A stretch of DNA of 64,000 nt from positions 128,001 through 192,000 of the IMG/VR virus record IMGVR_UViG_2061766007_000586. One strand, written 5' to 3'. Source of the DNA: a virus (lineage: Duplodnaviria; Caudoviricetes). The stretch's first letter is position 1; the number at the start of each line of letters is the position of its first letter. The notes beneath the pieces are model-generated. The model did not search any database, was not told the origin of the DNA, and saw only the letters and a program-made list of their open reading frames with translations. A program made the translations under genes and the position numbers. Positions 49,601 to 57,772 of the stretch are shown piece after piece.

Positions 49601-51687
49601 AATATCCTAATGATCCGAATAGTTTCGACTTTGATTCTTATACTGGTTTAGTTATCGAGTATGCACCATCAGAAACTGTAGATTTTGGTAACAAAGAAGG
49701 TTGGGTGCTAAACAGATACTATCTTGGAAAAGATGTAACAACCGGTGCAAAAGAAATTGATTTTGAAAATATTCTCGAGGATATTGATTCAGACACGGAT
49801 GCTTTATCAGAAGAAGAATGTGCTATTTTTGAAAATGACACATATAGAAAAGGTATTGATGTCATTAATCATTACATCTTCTATGAAAAAGGTCCGAACA
49901 ATTTCTTTGAAGAAACTGATGAAGAAGGTAATCCTTATCAAAATTCCATTGTTATGACAACAGCTGTTAGCGATAACAATGGTAATCTTATCTGGAATAA
50001 AAATGATGTACGTTTCTATGGTTCTTATTATCTAGGAAAAGAAGATAGTAGTGGCAATCCTATCTTCATGCCTCGTATAGATCCATGGAAGATTGATTGG
50101 AAACCAGTTCGTGCAAAAGAAAATGCACCTCTTGTGACAAAGTTACATAATTCTAATTTACAACATGAATTAAGAATTACTGGTGCATTGGAATTTATGA
50201 CAGAACAAGCTAAACCACTTGGCTGTAAAGATGCTCCCGTTCTTCATCGTTCTTTGGAAGATTATATTCCTACATTGGACGAAGAAGCACAAGAAGGTAA
50301 GAAGTATTACATGAGAGTTGGTAAAGCTGAATACACTGAATGTGATTTTGTTATAGGTGTTTATGAAGAATGTGATGTTTTATCAGATCCTTTAGAGGGT
50401 AAGCAATTTGTTGTTGCAACAAATATAAAAACTATACCTACACCTAAAGCAAATGAAGGCATGGAACTTGGAAATACTTTTGCTCTATATCGTCGTAATT
50501 ATGAAGCTTCTACTTTACAGATCAAAAATCTTAGTAAAGAAGAGTTATATGACATTTGTAGAGAATGGAGTGAAAGTGAAGGTCAAGCTGATAGTGTAAG
50601 ATATGCTGGTATTATGTCTAGGCATAATGTTTCATTGAGTGAACTCGAAAAGATTGTTAGTGATACAAAACCATGTTATTATCGTCCGTGGGAAAAAATT
50701 GTAACTTGTGATTCTATTCAAAAGTTAGAAGAACTCGATAATCAATATGCTGGCTATGCTGCTATTCTGTATTACAAAGATGATGACAATAATGATGTCA
50801 TTCATTATTACAATATCTTATCTTCTATCACTCGTACTTATGAAACAGAATCTGGTAATAAGTATAAAAGAACAGAACTTGTTGTGAATCCTACAACTTC
50901 ATCCTGGGCTGAGATTGATAAATGGCCTTGGGAGTATACAACTCCTTGGTATTGTTTAACTCCAACTTTAGCTGATGATATTGCAGGTAATATTCGCAGT
51001 GATTTAAAAATATCTTTTAATTCTGACTTATCAGGTGCTAAGATCTTACATGATGTAACTGATACAATCATAGACGAAGAAGGCTTCCCAGTTCTTGATG
51101 AAGCTAGAGAGATTGTGTATGGTATCGACATGATACATTGTGATTATAAGCTACGTCTGGTGGAAGATGCAGAGTATGCAAATTATCTCAATGATATACG
51201 CGATGTCCTTCGTGCTTATTTGAATGAATTAAAAGCAATCACTCCTTCGTTACTTGCTCGTACTAAACTGTACTATGCACCTATCTGCACATTTGGTACT
51301 GCTAAGTTTAGAGGAAGTAGTGGTGAAACTCGTGTACTTCCTGTTCAGTTCTCTATGGAATATGGATTACACATTGCATCTTACGTTAGTAGTGGTATTG
51401 TAAAGAAAGATGTAATACGTGGTGAAATTATCAAATTTATTAAGAAAGCTTTAGCAAGTGGATCAATTAACATGGCATCTATTGCTAAGACTATTATGAA
51501 AGAACTTGGTGATGAGATTGTTTGCGTAGACGTCTTAGGTATTAATGGTGATAAGACTTTACAGACAATGATACCTCTTGAGAAAGATTGTTACCCACAA
51601 TTAAGACAGATTCTTGTTCAGTATGAAGATGGATCGATTCATGTGGATCATGATCTTACTGTAGATTGGTATGTATTAACAGAATAA
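46648..51687 (+). CDS. Large baseplate wedge-like virion protein (phiKZ gp87-like) with long central insertion
   Basis: DGNNPFTFLTE, LYPENAQT.SELYKHLSD, GMFATPA, DNITDR motifs; 1679 aa. Confidence 0.65.
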   Translation: MPILVSDSAAEESLQAYTSPLSLQTKALDDLSEKVLNGDVVADGNNPFTFLTEFASNMTAGIVNKACECFNSLYPENAQTSSELYKHLSDFGYVGMFATPATTTVELVFDRNFLIDHAVTSEPDDTDLNQDVTRVSGQYSKVVIPAYSKFTVGDMSFGMMYPIEIHIRKAFKNGDINDEIDYNNSVITVLWDTTYQNPLMPLKGSILQHRDFIQDGMMLTAIEVPIYQFEVENHTENAIASTGFAKRYDYHNKFYAIRVFHFKNGYWQELNQTFSDTNYDVDIPTAIIKVLQDLGKVEVVIPHIYFNSPDTVTVIGNRILVKIYTTLGEVSVDLSDFQIDQFQASFLLSDTSLMEDDRYSNMLKRIPNVYIIPLSNRIASGTNGITFNELKNRVKYNNSFTVKITPSDLENYFATSGYSFTKPLDNITDRVYCAHKIITDGTGTPVASGMGQSIISTSMTNDEEYSDSIVRLDDDTFTILPSALYLYDDEKHEFNICTNTQKSELLRDSEIVDTFNNNLYTYSPFHVVVSNARRKPIAGTYDLFNPSLRSIMLDWENERITTSASIYNATIHPINEGDKTVGYRLRVAIFKTADITFPSVEEDNQNIRVLLTVETDDGRLAHLFGTYAGTNDTGHDVFDFDLLSTFRIKPEGSIHVSTLQHELGKNFDVFVPIKEHKYTISFFLADEKIPDENERANSKNNVNRFSLPDSLEKYTMLCRQYFTLKLGESIPLLQNNITISTTEEAYKTYNSMQFATYQSPIYARYTIADVENNSATIEQIGMLKVDDAGKPVIGHDVDEVIINHYADLDFGAVLSIKLTENKIVDGKTTKTSYDEELGLVAFNKPYSTPNDIWKAIDGDLYVLCESVPEFSGIYILENTGGDTERVWKQSYRVVKEIFDESILHLNKVVYKITVPNEHGLDPYHYTVEEPNTNDVFDRVIDPDTEENCFYSCNSDTVKSLIPAKPLKDINTSATGYDRKWFFISKYPNDPNSFDFDSYTGLVIEYAPSETVDFGNKEGWVLNRYYLGKDVTTGAKEIDFENILEDIDSDTDALSEEECAIFENDTYRKGIDVINHYIFYEKGPNNFFEETDEEGNPYQNSIVMTTAVSDNNGNLIWNKNDVRFYGSYYLGKEDSSGNPIFMPRIDPWKIDWKPVRAKENAPLVTKLHNSNLQHELRITGALEFMTEQAKPLGCKDAPVLHRSLEDYIPTLDEEAQEGKKYYMRVGKAEYTECDFVIGVYEECDVLSDPLEGKQFVVATNIKTIPTPKANEGMELGNTFALYRRNYEASTLQIKNLSKEELYDICREWSESEGQADSVRYAGIMSRHNVSLSELEKIVSDTKPCYYRPWEKIVTCDSIQKLEELDNQYAGYAAILYYKDDDNNDVIHYYNILSSITRTYETESGNKYKRTELVVNPTTSSWAEIDKWPWEYTTPWYCLTPTLADDIAGNIRSDLKISFNSDLSGAKILHDVTDTIIDEEGFPVLDEAREIVYGIDMIHCDYKLRLVEDAEYANYLNDIRDVLRAYLNELKAITPSLLARTKLYYAPICTFGTAKFRGSSGETRVLPVQFSMEYGLHIASYVSSGIVKKDVIRGEIIKFIKKALASGSINMASIAKTIMKELGDEIVCVDVLGINGDKTLQTMIPLEKDCYPQLRQILVQYEDGSIHVDHDLTVDWYVLTE

Positions 51688-51697
51688 AAATATTTGA

Positions 51698-51731
51698 ATA
51701 CAAGGTAGTGGGACATTCCACTACCTTGTAT
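51698..51731. terminator. Bidirectional terminator
   Basis: ATACAAGGTAGTGG/CCACTACCTTGTAT. Confidence 0.8.
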
Positions 51732-51733
51732 CT

Positions 51734-52048
51734 TTATATACTGCATGAGCTTAATAATTGATCAACATAATTCGATAAGTTATTACTAATTTCTAAACAA
51801 GCATTTCGATTCAACATTGTAAATTCACCTGGAGTAACTTCTTGAACTACTCCAAGAGCTACTAAATATCTAGCAGCATTTAAATACTTTGATAGATTTA
51901 CCGTACTTCGCTCACTACACAATAGCATTGTTAGTGCGTTTAGTACATCGTCTACTGTGGCAGCAGGTTGGTTATTTTGCATTACATAGATTTTATTTGT
52001 AACAACCACCTGCTTTTCAACATGTAAGAAACAATGGGAGGTATACAT
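51734..52048 (-). CDS. Small hypothetical protein (winged-helix-like pattern)
   Basis: ARYLVALGVVQEVTPGEFTM resembles a wHTH wing; start uncertain. Confidence 0.5.
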   Translation of the reverse strand: MYTSHCFLHVEKQVVVTNKIYVMQNNQPAATVDDVLNALTMLLCSERSTVNLSKYLNAARYLVALGVVQEVTPGEFTMLNRNACLEISNNLSNYVDQLLSSCSI

Positions 52049-52060
52049 AGTTACTAGCCC

Positions 52061-52507
52061 TTACATACTCTCGAGGAAGAACTCTGCTTTTGGTATGAAA
52101 CTAAGTTCCATGATAGCAATCGGATCTCCTCGATCAGCATTGAAAATTGGTTTATGATTATTTTTAATTGTTAGAATAATTTCTGAATTATGTTCCGACG
52201 TAATCATGTAAGGGTTAATGACTTCTATTCCATCTTCTTCACGTAATTCTGGAATGGAATAAAATTTTGCAACTGTGTTAATTCTTATTTTAGGAGTTGT
52301 GTTAAGGGTTAATTCTGGATAGGTTAAAAGAATAATTCCAGTATGGACTTGAAGATAATTGTTATATGCTAAACTAATTTCTTGATTTGTTTTTAGATAA
52401 ACGATACCTAATTGATCTCGAAGGTAAGGTGATGGAACACATAAAGGTGAAGCATCATCTGTTAATTTATATCGTATATCTAAAACAGGAATAGTAATAA
52501 TCGCCAT
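52061..52507 (-). CDS. Degenerate trimeric dUTPase-fold protein
   Basis: VHTGI, EIILTIKN, GDPIAIMEL patterns present; catalytic motifs 2, 3 and 5 not recognisable. Confidence 0.55.
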   Translation of the reverse strand: MAIITIPVLDIRYKLTDDASPLCVPSPYLRDQLGIVYLKTNQEISLAYNNYLQVHTGIILLTYPELTLNTTPKIRINTVAKFYSIPELREEDGIEVINPYMITSEHNSEIILTIKNNHKPIFNADRGDPIAIMELSFIPKAEFFLESM

Positions 52508-52549
52508 TTTGTTAAATCCTGTTCTTGGTTAGACAAAAGAAAAAAGAAA

Positions 52550-52657
52550 TGGTTGGGACGTCTGGGTTTGAACCAGAATTGCCTTCTTGCTGCCTAGCAT
52601 CCTCGTTAGTACTAAGCTGGCGTACGGAGTCCTGCCTATACTTTAGACTACGTCCCA
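52550..52657 (-). ncRNA. tRNA-like RNA (108 nt) with non-canonical expanded anticodon region
   Basis: Acceptor TGGGACG/CGTCCCA, A, CCA; D-arm GTCT/AGGC; T-arm TCTGG-TTCAAAC-CCAGA; ~55 nt between D and T arms. Confidence 0.7.
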
Positions 52658-52660
52658 ATA

Positions 52661-52836
52661 TGATCGGCTGTTGCAAGATTCGAACTTGCTTCTCCAAACG
52701 TGAAACTATTAAACGGGATTAATCGATTAAATCTTACAATCTTCTTGAAGAAGGTGTTTCACATACTTGGTATGCTATCTTGTCCTGAAGTCGTACTAAG
52801 GTCGACCACGTGCTTCAACACTACACCAAACAACCG
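52661..52836 (-). ncRNA. tRNA-like RNA (~176 nt) with large insertion
   Basis: Acceptor CGGTTGTT/AACAGCCG then ATCA; D-arm GTGT/GCAC; T-arm GCAAG-TTCGAAT-CTTGC; ~120-nt structured middle. Confidence 0.65.
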
Positions 52837-52843
52837 AAATAAA

Positions 52844-52926
52844 TGGTGCTGAGGGCGGGACTCGAACCCGCATGGATTGCCCGGCAGATTTTAAGTCTGC
52901 TGCGTATGCCATTTCGCCACCCCAGC
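52844..52926 (-). tRNA. tRNA-Leu(TAA)
   Basis: GCTGGGG/CCTCAGC acceptor, anticodon arm GCAGA-CTTAAAA-TCTGC, variable arm, GCGGG-TTCGAGT-CCCGC, ACCA end. Confidence 0.95.
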
Positions 52927-52941
52927 ATCAATTATATTAGA

Positions 52942-52951
52942 GTTATATATA
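52942..52951 (-). promoter_or_regulatory. Phage early-type promoter (TATATATAAC) for the tRNA cluster
   Basis: TATATATNNC match ~15 nt upstream of tRNA-Leu. Confidence 0.65.
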
Positions 52952-53037
52952 TTTGTAGTATACATGAACTCTACTATAAAGTGATGTATATACCATAAAT
53001 AAAATACTAATGTTAAATCTTATAGAAAGGATTTAAT

Positions 53038-53229
53038 ATGAAGATTAAAGAATTTTTCAAAAGGTTGTGGTATGGTAAACCTAAGCCACCCCTTGTGTAC
53101 TATATAGAAATTAAGCCTATCGATCATCCTAAATTAAAACCAAATAAGGAAGAGTATCGATTTCCTGAACTATATAGTCCACCAAAAGTTAAGTTTAAAT
53201 TAGCAAAACAAAAAAAGAAAACAGAATAA
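53038..53229 (+). CDS. Small basic K/P-rich protein
   Basis: SD AAAGGA; terminator 53231-53261 follows. Confidence 0.6.
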   Translation: MKIKEFFKRLWYGKPKPPLVYYIEIKPIDHPKLKPNKEEYRFPELYSPPKVKFKLAKQKKKTE

Positions 53230-53230
53230 G

Positions 53231-53261
53231 TCATCTCTGCAGCATGTAGCTGCAGAGATGA
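53231..53261. terminator. Bidirectional terminator
   Basis: TCATCTCTGCAGC/GCTGCAGAGATGA. Confidence 0.75.
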
Positions 53262-53273
53262 TAGCAACGCGAA

Positions 53274-54806
53274 TTATTTCAGTAAATGATCAACTAAATA
53301 TTCAGTCATAAGATCAGCTAACACTTTTGTGTCAAGATTGATAATGTCACGTTCTGTGAGAGTATTGGCTGTTGACATAGCTTTCTTATACTCATCACGT
53401 AAACGTTTATGAATCGTTGATGTTAAAGTATTCACATAGCAACTATTCATGATAACACTGTAGTACATGTTTTCTACAGCATCATCACGATTGCTATCAT
53501 AAATACTAGCAGCAAAATGCTCAGGATTATCATTATGATATTCGAGACTAAAATTCTTTTGCTGTCTCAGCCAACGACCAGCTATAGCAATAAAGGAATC
53601 ACGATAGATTTCTTTTTTCTTCTGGTTGCAGCGGAGAGTATTAGCAGAAGCTGTTTCATATGCTTCTTTAGCAATGTTGTCACAACGATCAATAATCGTT
53701 TGACCATTGATGCCATAAACAGGAATATCACGATCTTCATAAACCTTGTTTTTATATTGTAAGATCGCAAGTGTTGGATTCGATTTGATAATCTGCTTAT
53801 CTGCTTGGCAGAATTCTGCCCAGTTGTCAGTATTCACTAACATACCAGGAACAACAATCGCATCTCTCCAAATAGTATTGCGATAGTACATGCATAAATA
53901 GGTTGTAAGATCAATGAAATCATGCATAGCATTAACACGTTGTGTTACACCTTCCATGGTACTACGTGCAAGATCAAGTGATTCTTCAGAGATCTGTTTC
54001 ATGACTGCGTTGTAAGCATTCGTCATACGAAGAATGTAATTGATCTTAGAGGCACTGGTACCAGTAACCATGTTGTTAATTGCATTGATATTCTTATTAC
54101 AATCAATCTTATCTAAGTGTAAGATATGTGCAAAAATAGACTGAACTTCTTCCTTACTGTAATTAGGAATACGAGAAGAAAGAGTATCAATCATAGAAAG
54201 CATCTTACCTTTTGTTAAAGTAAGAGGAGCAAAGTCCACGTTTTTATTAGCAGGACCACCAGGAAGGTGAGCGATCATTAATCCATGAATGTAACGTTCG
54301 TTACCTTCAGCAATATGATCAACACCAATCTTATTAAGTAAGCGTTGCTCTAATTCAAGTTCACTTACATTATCAAGATAACCCCACTGAATCGGCTTCA
54401 GTTTGGTGGTTGTACTCTGATCGCTTTCTAATGAAGCTAAAACAGGGTTTTCACTAATAATGGACTTAGCCATTTCTTCTGAGCTAGCTACTAACTGACT
54501 AACAGTTTCTTTGATATTTTTCAGTTCTTCATAGCTATTCATGAAACGAAGACTAAATGCATCAGATACCTGTCTGAATTTATCAAAGATATCTTTATAA
54601 TCTTCGTCTCTTACAATACTAGCAAATTCAATTAAAGCATTACGAACGCCAGCGTTTGTGTTATCAACTTCAGTGCCTTCACTAACTGTAACAAGATGGT
54701 TGGATAAGACGCGAAGTCCGTCGTTCTCAGTAAATTCAACTTCTGGTAAACCGTTTTTACGAGCACGTTCACTGAGTAATGTAGTAACTGTGTTGAGAGT
54801 ATTCAT
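53274..54806 (-). CDS. Putative virion structural protein
   Basis: 510 aa helical; LVNTDNWAEF segment; resembles phiKZ-like virion proteins (from recall). Confidence 0.5.
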   Translation of the reverse strand: MNTLNTVTTLLSERARKNGLPEVEFTENDGLRVLSNHLVTVSEGTEVDNTNAGVRNALIEFASIVRDEDYKDIFDKFRQVSDAFSLRFMNSYEELKNIKETVSQLVASSEEMAKSIISENPVLASLESDQSTTTKLKPIQWGYLDNVSELELEQRLLNKIGVDHIAEGNERYIHGLMIAHLPGGPANKNVDFAPLTLTKGKMLSMIDTLSSRIPNYSKEEVQSIFAHILHLDKIDCNKNINAINNMVTGTSASKINYILRMTNAYNAVMKQISEESLDLARSTMEGVTQRVNAMHDFIDLTTYLCMYYRNTIWRDAIVVPGMLVNTDNWAEFCQADKQIIKSNPTLAILQYKNKVYEDRDIPVYGINGQTIIDRCDNIAKEAYETASANTLRCNQKKKEIYRDSFIAIAGRWLRQQKNFSLEYHNDNPEHFAASIYDSNRDDAVENMYYSVIMNSCYVNTLTSTIHKRLRDEYKKAMSTANTLTERDIINLDTKVLADLMTEYLVDHLLK

Positions 54807-55000
54807 TATTTTTCCTCCATGTGCCTGTCAATAGCTTTCTGGAGACTATTTTGAATAATCTTATCCGTCTTGCTAGTGGTCTTATTGTTTACAGCACGAG
54901 TAACGGCAGACTTTACCATGCTAAACAATAATGCATAGTTGAAGATAGTCTGCTTGCTAAGCTTTCCGGAAGTCTCCGGTGTGATAGTTGTATCAGACAT
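54806..55000 (-). CDS. Small hypothetical protein
   Basis: 64 aa; SD AAGGTG; coupled to the next gene. Confidence 0.65.
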   Translation of the reverse strand: MSDTTITPETSGKLSKQTIFNYALLFSMVKSAVTRAVNNKTTSKTDKIIQNSLQKAIDRHMEEK

Positions 55001-55030
55001 AAATTAACACCTTTAATTTGGTTATATGAA

Positions 55031-56416
55031 TTAATCTATTAATCCACGTTTTTTGTAATTTTGATTTGCATTATGATCTGCAATTTTTTTGATTATACGA
55101 TTTGATTGTGTATATCCAATCGATTTTGCACGTTGAAGAATAGCAGCTTGCGTTTTACGAAGCCATTCATAAAATGGATTATCTTTTGATATTTCACCGC
55201 TTTTTATACGTTTTATAAATTCTATAGCTGCTTTATCTGCCATTTTTTCCATCGGATGTTCGTCATGCTCTTTCATGCTTGTCATATTAGCTGTGTTAAA
55301 TACTTTTCCATGCATTGCTTGTGACACATGCATAAATTCATGAATTATAGTGGCAGCAATTTCATTAAGATTTTTATTAAAAAATTCATTTAAATTAACG
55401 CTACAAAGATAACCGACACCTTTTTTTCCACCAGCAGTCCCACTATGATTAGAGTATGAATCTGAAAAAACACACAATCTATTTACTCTTAAATCTCCAT
55501 GACCTTTTGTATTATTCCAAAATTGTTGCATAAAATTTGCTAAATATTTTCTAACATTTTGAGGAATGTCATAGAAATATAAGAATCCTTTTTCGTTTTC
55601 TTTTCCTGTTAAAGATACTTGTTCGGTATCTAATGTTTTTCTTGCATACTTAAACCATATATTAATAGCATGTTGTCTTTTTTGCACATCAGTTAATAGA
55701 CTACGAATTTCTTTTTCAAATTCAGCAGCATTTGTAACTTGTGTGAATGGTATTGTTTCATTAATATTTTTACTTAATTCTGCATAAAATTTGTTATATG
55801 AATTCTGGAAAGATCCAGCTTTATTTGTGAGAATTTCTTTAATTTTTGATTTACATGTATTGAGTACTTGAATTTCAGCTTCTGCTGATGTAATAGCATT
55901 TTTAAATTCATTAGATACAAAAAATCCAAATGGTGGATCTGGTGGTTCAGAAGGAGCTTTAGATATAGATTGTTGAACTTCTGTGACGGTTTCGTATTTT
56001 TTTACATACTTATTAGTTATTGCTTCTAATGAATCACTTGAAGGTTTCCTTTTTAGTATCCAACTTCCTGATGTTGTTAATTCTTTAAGCCAATTTGTCA
56101 TTAAGCTTGCTCTTGCTTTAAAAGCTTTATTTGCATTTCTTTTCGTTTTAAATTTACGAAAGATTGTTGGAATACCGTTTTTAAGAATCGTTAATATATA
56201 TTTACTTGCAACAATAGCTTTATTGATCAAATCAATAATAAAATCTTTTGCTTTCTGTGTAAATTGTTTTAAATCTTCTACAGAACACTCAATATTTGAA
56301 TATAATCTATTACAAAGATCAGCAACGCAATCTAATCTAATCATTAAACTATCTAGATAAACTAAATCCTCATCTACATAAATAGATTGGTTATTAATTG
56401 CATTTAAATCTAACAT
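55031..56416 (-). CDS. Putative head-packaged protein with C-terminal HExxH metallopeptidase-like domain
   Basis: MLDLNAI..., CSVE site, TIIHEFMHVSQ, EHPMEKMA. Confidence 0.6.
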   Translation of the reverse strand: MLDLNAINNQSIYVDEDLVYLDSLMIRLDCVADLCNRLYSNIECSVEDLKQFTQKAKDFIIDLINKAIVASKYILTILKNGIPTIFRKFKTKRNANKAFKARASLMTNWLKELTTSGSWILKRKPSSDSLEAITNKYVKKYETVTEVQQSISKAPSEPPDPPFGFFVSNEFKNAITSAEAEIQVLNTCKSKIKEILTNKAGSFQNSYNKFYAELSKNINETIPFTQVTNAAEFEKEIRSLLTDVQKRQHAINIWFKYARKTLDTEQVSLTGKENEKGFLYFYDIPQNVRKYLANFMQQFWNNTKGHGDLRVNRLCVFSDSYSNHSGTAGGKKGVGYLCSVNLNEFFNKNLNEIAATIIHEFMHVSQAMHGKVFNTANMTSMKEHDEHPMEKMADKAAIEFIKRIKSGEISKDNPFYEWLRKTQAAILQRAKSIGYTQSNRIIKKIADHNANQNYKKRGLID

Positions 56417-56418
56417 AA

Positions 56419-56982
56419 TTACACCGTTAATTTTTGTAGCATTGGTATCATGAATCTAGCCATATTAAATAAGTCTTCTGCTGTACCATGATTGACAAAA
56501 TCATATTCGATGATGTCATCAGGTAAGTCTTGCTCAGACGGATGATTTTTGATACCAGTTGATTCTGAAACATGATCAGGTCTAATAACACGGATCATGA
56601 TTCCTCCTAAGCGATGGACCATTTCAACTTCATTCGGCATACGAACGTCATCAATTAAAATAAGTCCATACTGTTCTTGCTCTCTTAAGATTTGTGTTTC
56701 TAATACTTTGACCCATACATCAGGAGCAATAGCTTCGCGTAGGCCTTGTCCTAATCGTTGCATAAATTCACGTGATGTAATGCCCCAAAGAGGATGAATA
56801 GTCTTTTTACCATCAATAGTATAAAGATCTGCCCATTTAAATCCGAAGTAATCAGAACACATATTTTTAAGAGCACCAGCAAATGCATACTTTTTACATT
56901 CGACGGTTGATTTTTTACAAATCATATTAGCGAGGGTTGATTTTCCTGATTCAAGTTTTCCGGTGATTCCGATGAGGTTCAT
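56419..56982 (-). CDS. Deoxynucleoside monophosphate kinase
   Basis: IGITGKLESGKST P-loop, FAGALK, REFMQRLG, IDDVRMPNE, HPSE. Confidence 0.9.
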   Translation of the reverse strand: MNLIGITGKLESGKSTLANMICKKSTVECKKYAFAGALKNMCSDYFGFKWADLYTIDGKKTIHPLWGITSREFMQRLGQGLREAIAPDVWVKVLETQILREQEQYGLILIDDVRMPNEVEMVHRLGGIMIRVIRPDHVSESTGIKNHPSEQDLPDDIIEYDFVNHGTAEDLFNMARFMIPMLQKLTV

Positions 56983-57056
56983 ATTTTTAAGTTCCTTATT
57001 ATAATTATAGTAAAAGAAGTAGCATAAAATAATTGAAGCCAATGAAATAAAAAAGA

Positions 57057-57081
57057 AGCGTACGGATTATATCCGTACGCT
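57057..57081 (-). terminator. Intrinsic terminator
   Basis: AGCGTACGGAT/ATCCGTACGCT plus T-run. Confidence 0.75.
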
Positions 57082-57092
57082 CCTGATATTAA

Positions 57093-57449
57093 TTATGCTA
57101 CAACCGATCTATCATTACCAACGTAATGAGCAAATCGATTGAAGAATTTTTTGCAGGCATTCTGCCTAGCTTGTGTTTTATATTTTCCGTAGCCAACGAA
57201 TACAAGTCCACCGATGCGAATTGTACATTTTGATTTTGATGTAGTGAATCGCATGTAATCGTTTATATTCTTACCAAACATTTTCTGGAATAGGATCTCA
57301 CTCATGATTACTGTAGCTGATTCGCAGCTGATTGGTTCAGGAGCAAGTTCATTAGCTGCTTGAATTGCATGATCAAAATCGTGTGCAGATATTTTAGCAG
57401 CTTTTTCAATTCCTTTTTCAATGCATGGTGAATATATACATGTATTCAT
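57093..57449 (-). CDS. dsRNA-binding-motif (dsRBD)-like protein
   Basis: CTIRIGGLVFVGYGKYKTQARQNAC matches the dsRBM G-x-G-x-(S)K-K-x-A pattern. Confidence 0.55.
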   Translation of the reverse strand: MNTCIYSPCIEKGIEKAAKISAHDFDHAIQAANELAPEPISCESATVIMSEILFQKMFGKNINDYMRFTTSKSKCTIRIGGLVFVGYGKYKTQARQNACKKFFNRFAHYVGNDRSVVA

Positions 57450-57700
57450 TCGTAGAATTCCTTTCGAAGCTTTTTGAGTATTTGAAACTGGTATTGCCTG
57501 ACACTTTCTATAGTAGCAACTTTCAAACGCAAAGCTTCTTTTGTCTCACGTAATGAATAATATTTACCATAGAATCCGAATCTCAGTTTAATCAGTTCTT
57601 GTTCGACTAACGGTAGCTTATCAAGCAATTCGAACATACGTTCATAATCATCTGACTTACATACCAACTCCATTCCATCGATGATGAAATCGTCTGACAT
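57446..57700 (-). CDS. Stand-alone sigma70 region 4-like protein
   Basis: LDKLPLVEQELIKLRFG...YSLRE...TIESVRQYQFQILKKLRK mirrors the RpoD region 4 consensus. Confidence 0.75.
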   Translation of the reverse strand: MSDDFIIDGMELVCKSDDYERMFELLDKLPLVEQELIKLRFGFYGKYYSLRETKEALRLKVATIESVRQYQFQILKKLRKEFYE

Positions 57701-57726
57701 AATTTGCTCCTTGTTTTGTCAGAGAA

Positions 57727-57760
57727 AAGAGATATGACATTTTTACATGTCATATCTCTT
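57727..57760 (-). terminator. Hairpin/terminator between early genes
   Basis: AAGAGATATGACAT/ATGTCATATCTCTT. Confidence 0.6.
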
Positions 57761-57772
57761 GTGTTAGTATGA

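Noticed and set aside
52512-52722. 61-aa and 65-aa ORFs
   Set aside because: They overlap the tRNA-like RNAs; not credible proteins.
52661-52836. Calling this a suppressor (TTA) or Leu(TAG) tRNA from the CTTAGTA loop
   Set aside because: No canonical 5-bp stem with a 7-nt loop can be drawn, and the ORFs show no sign of stop-codon reassignment.
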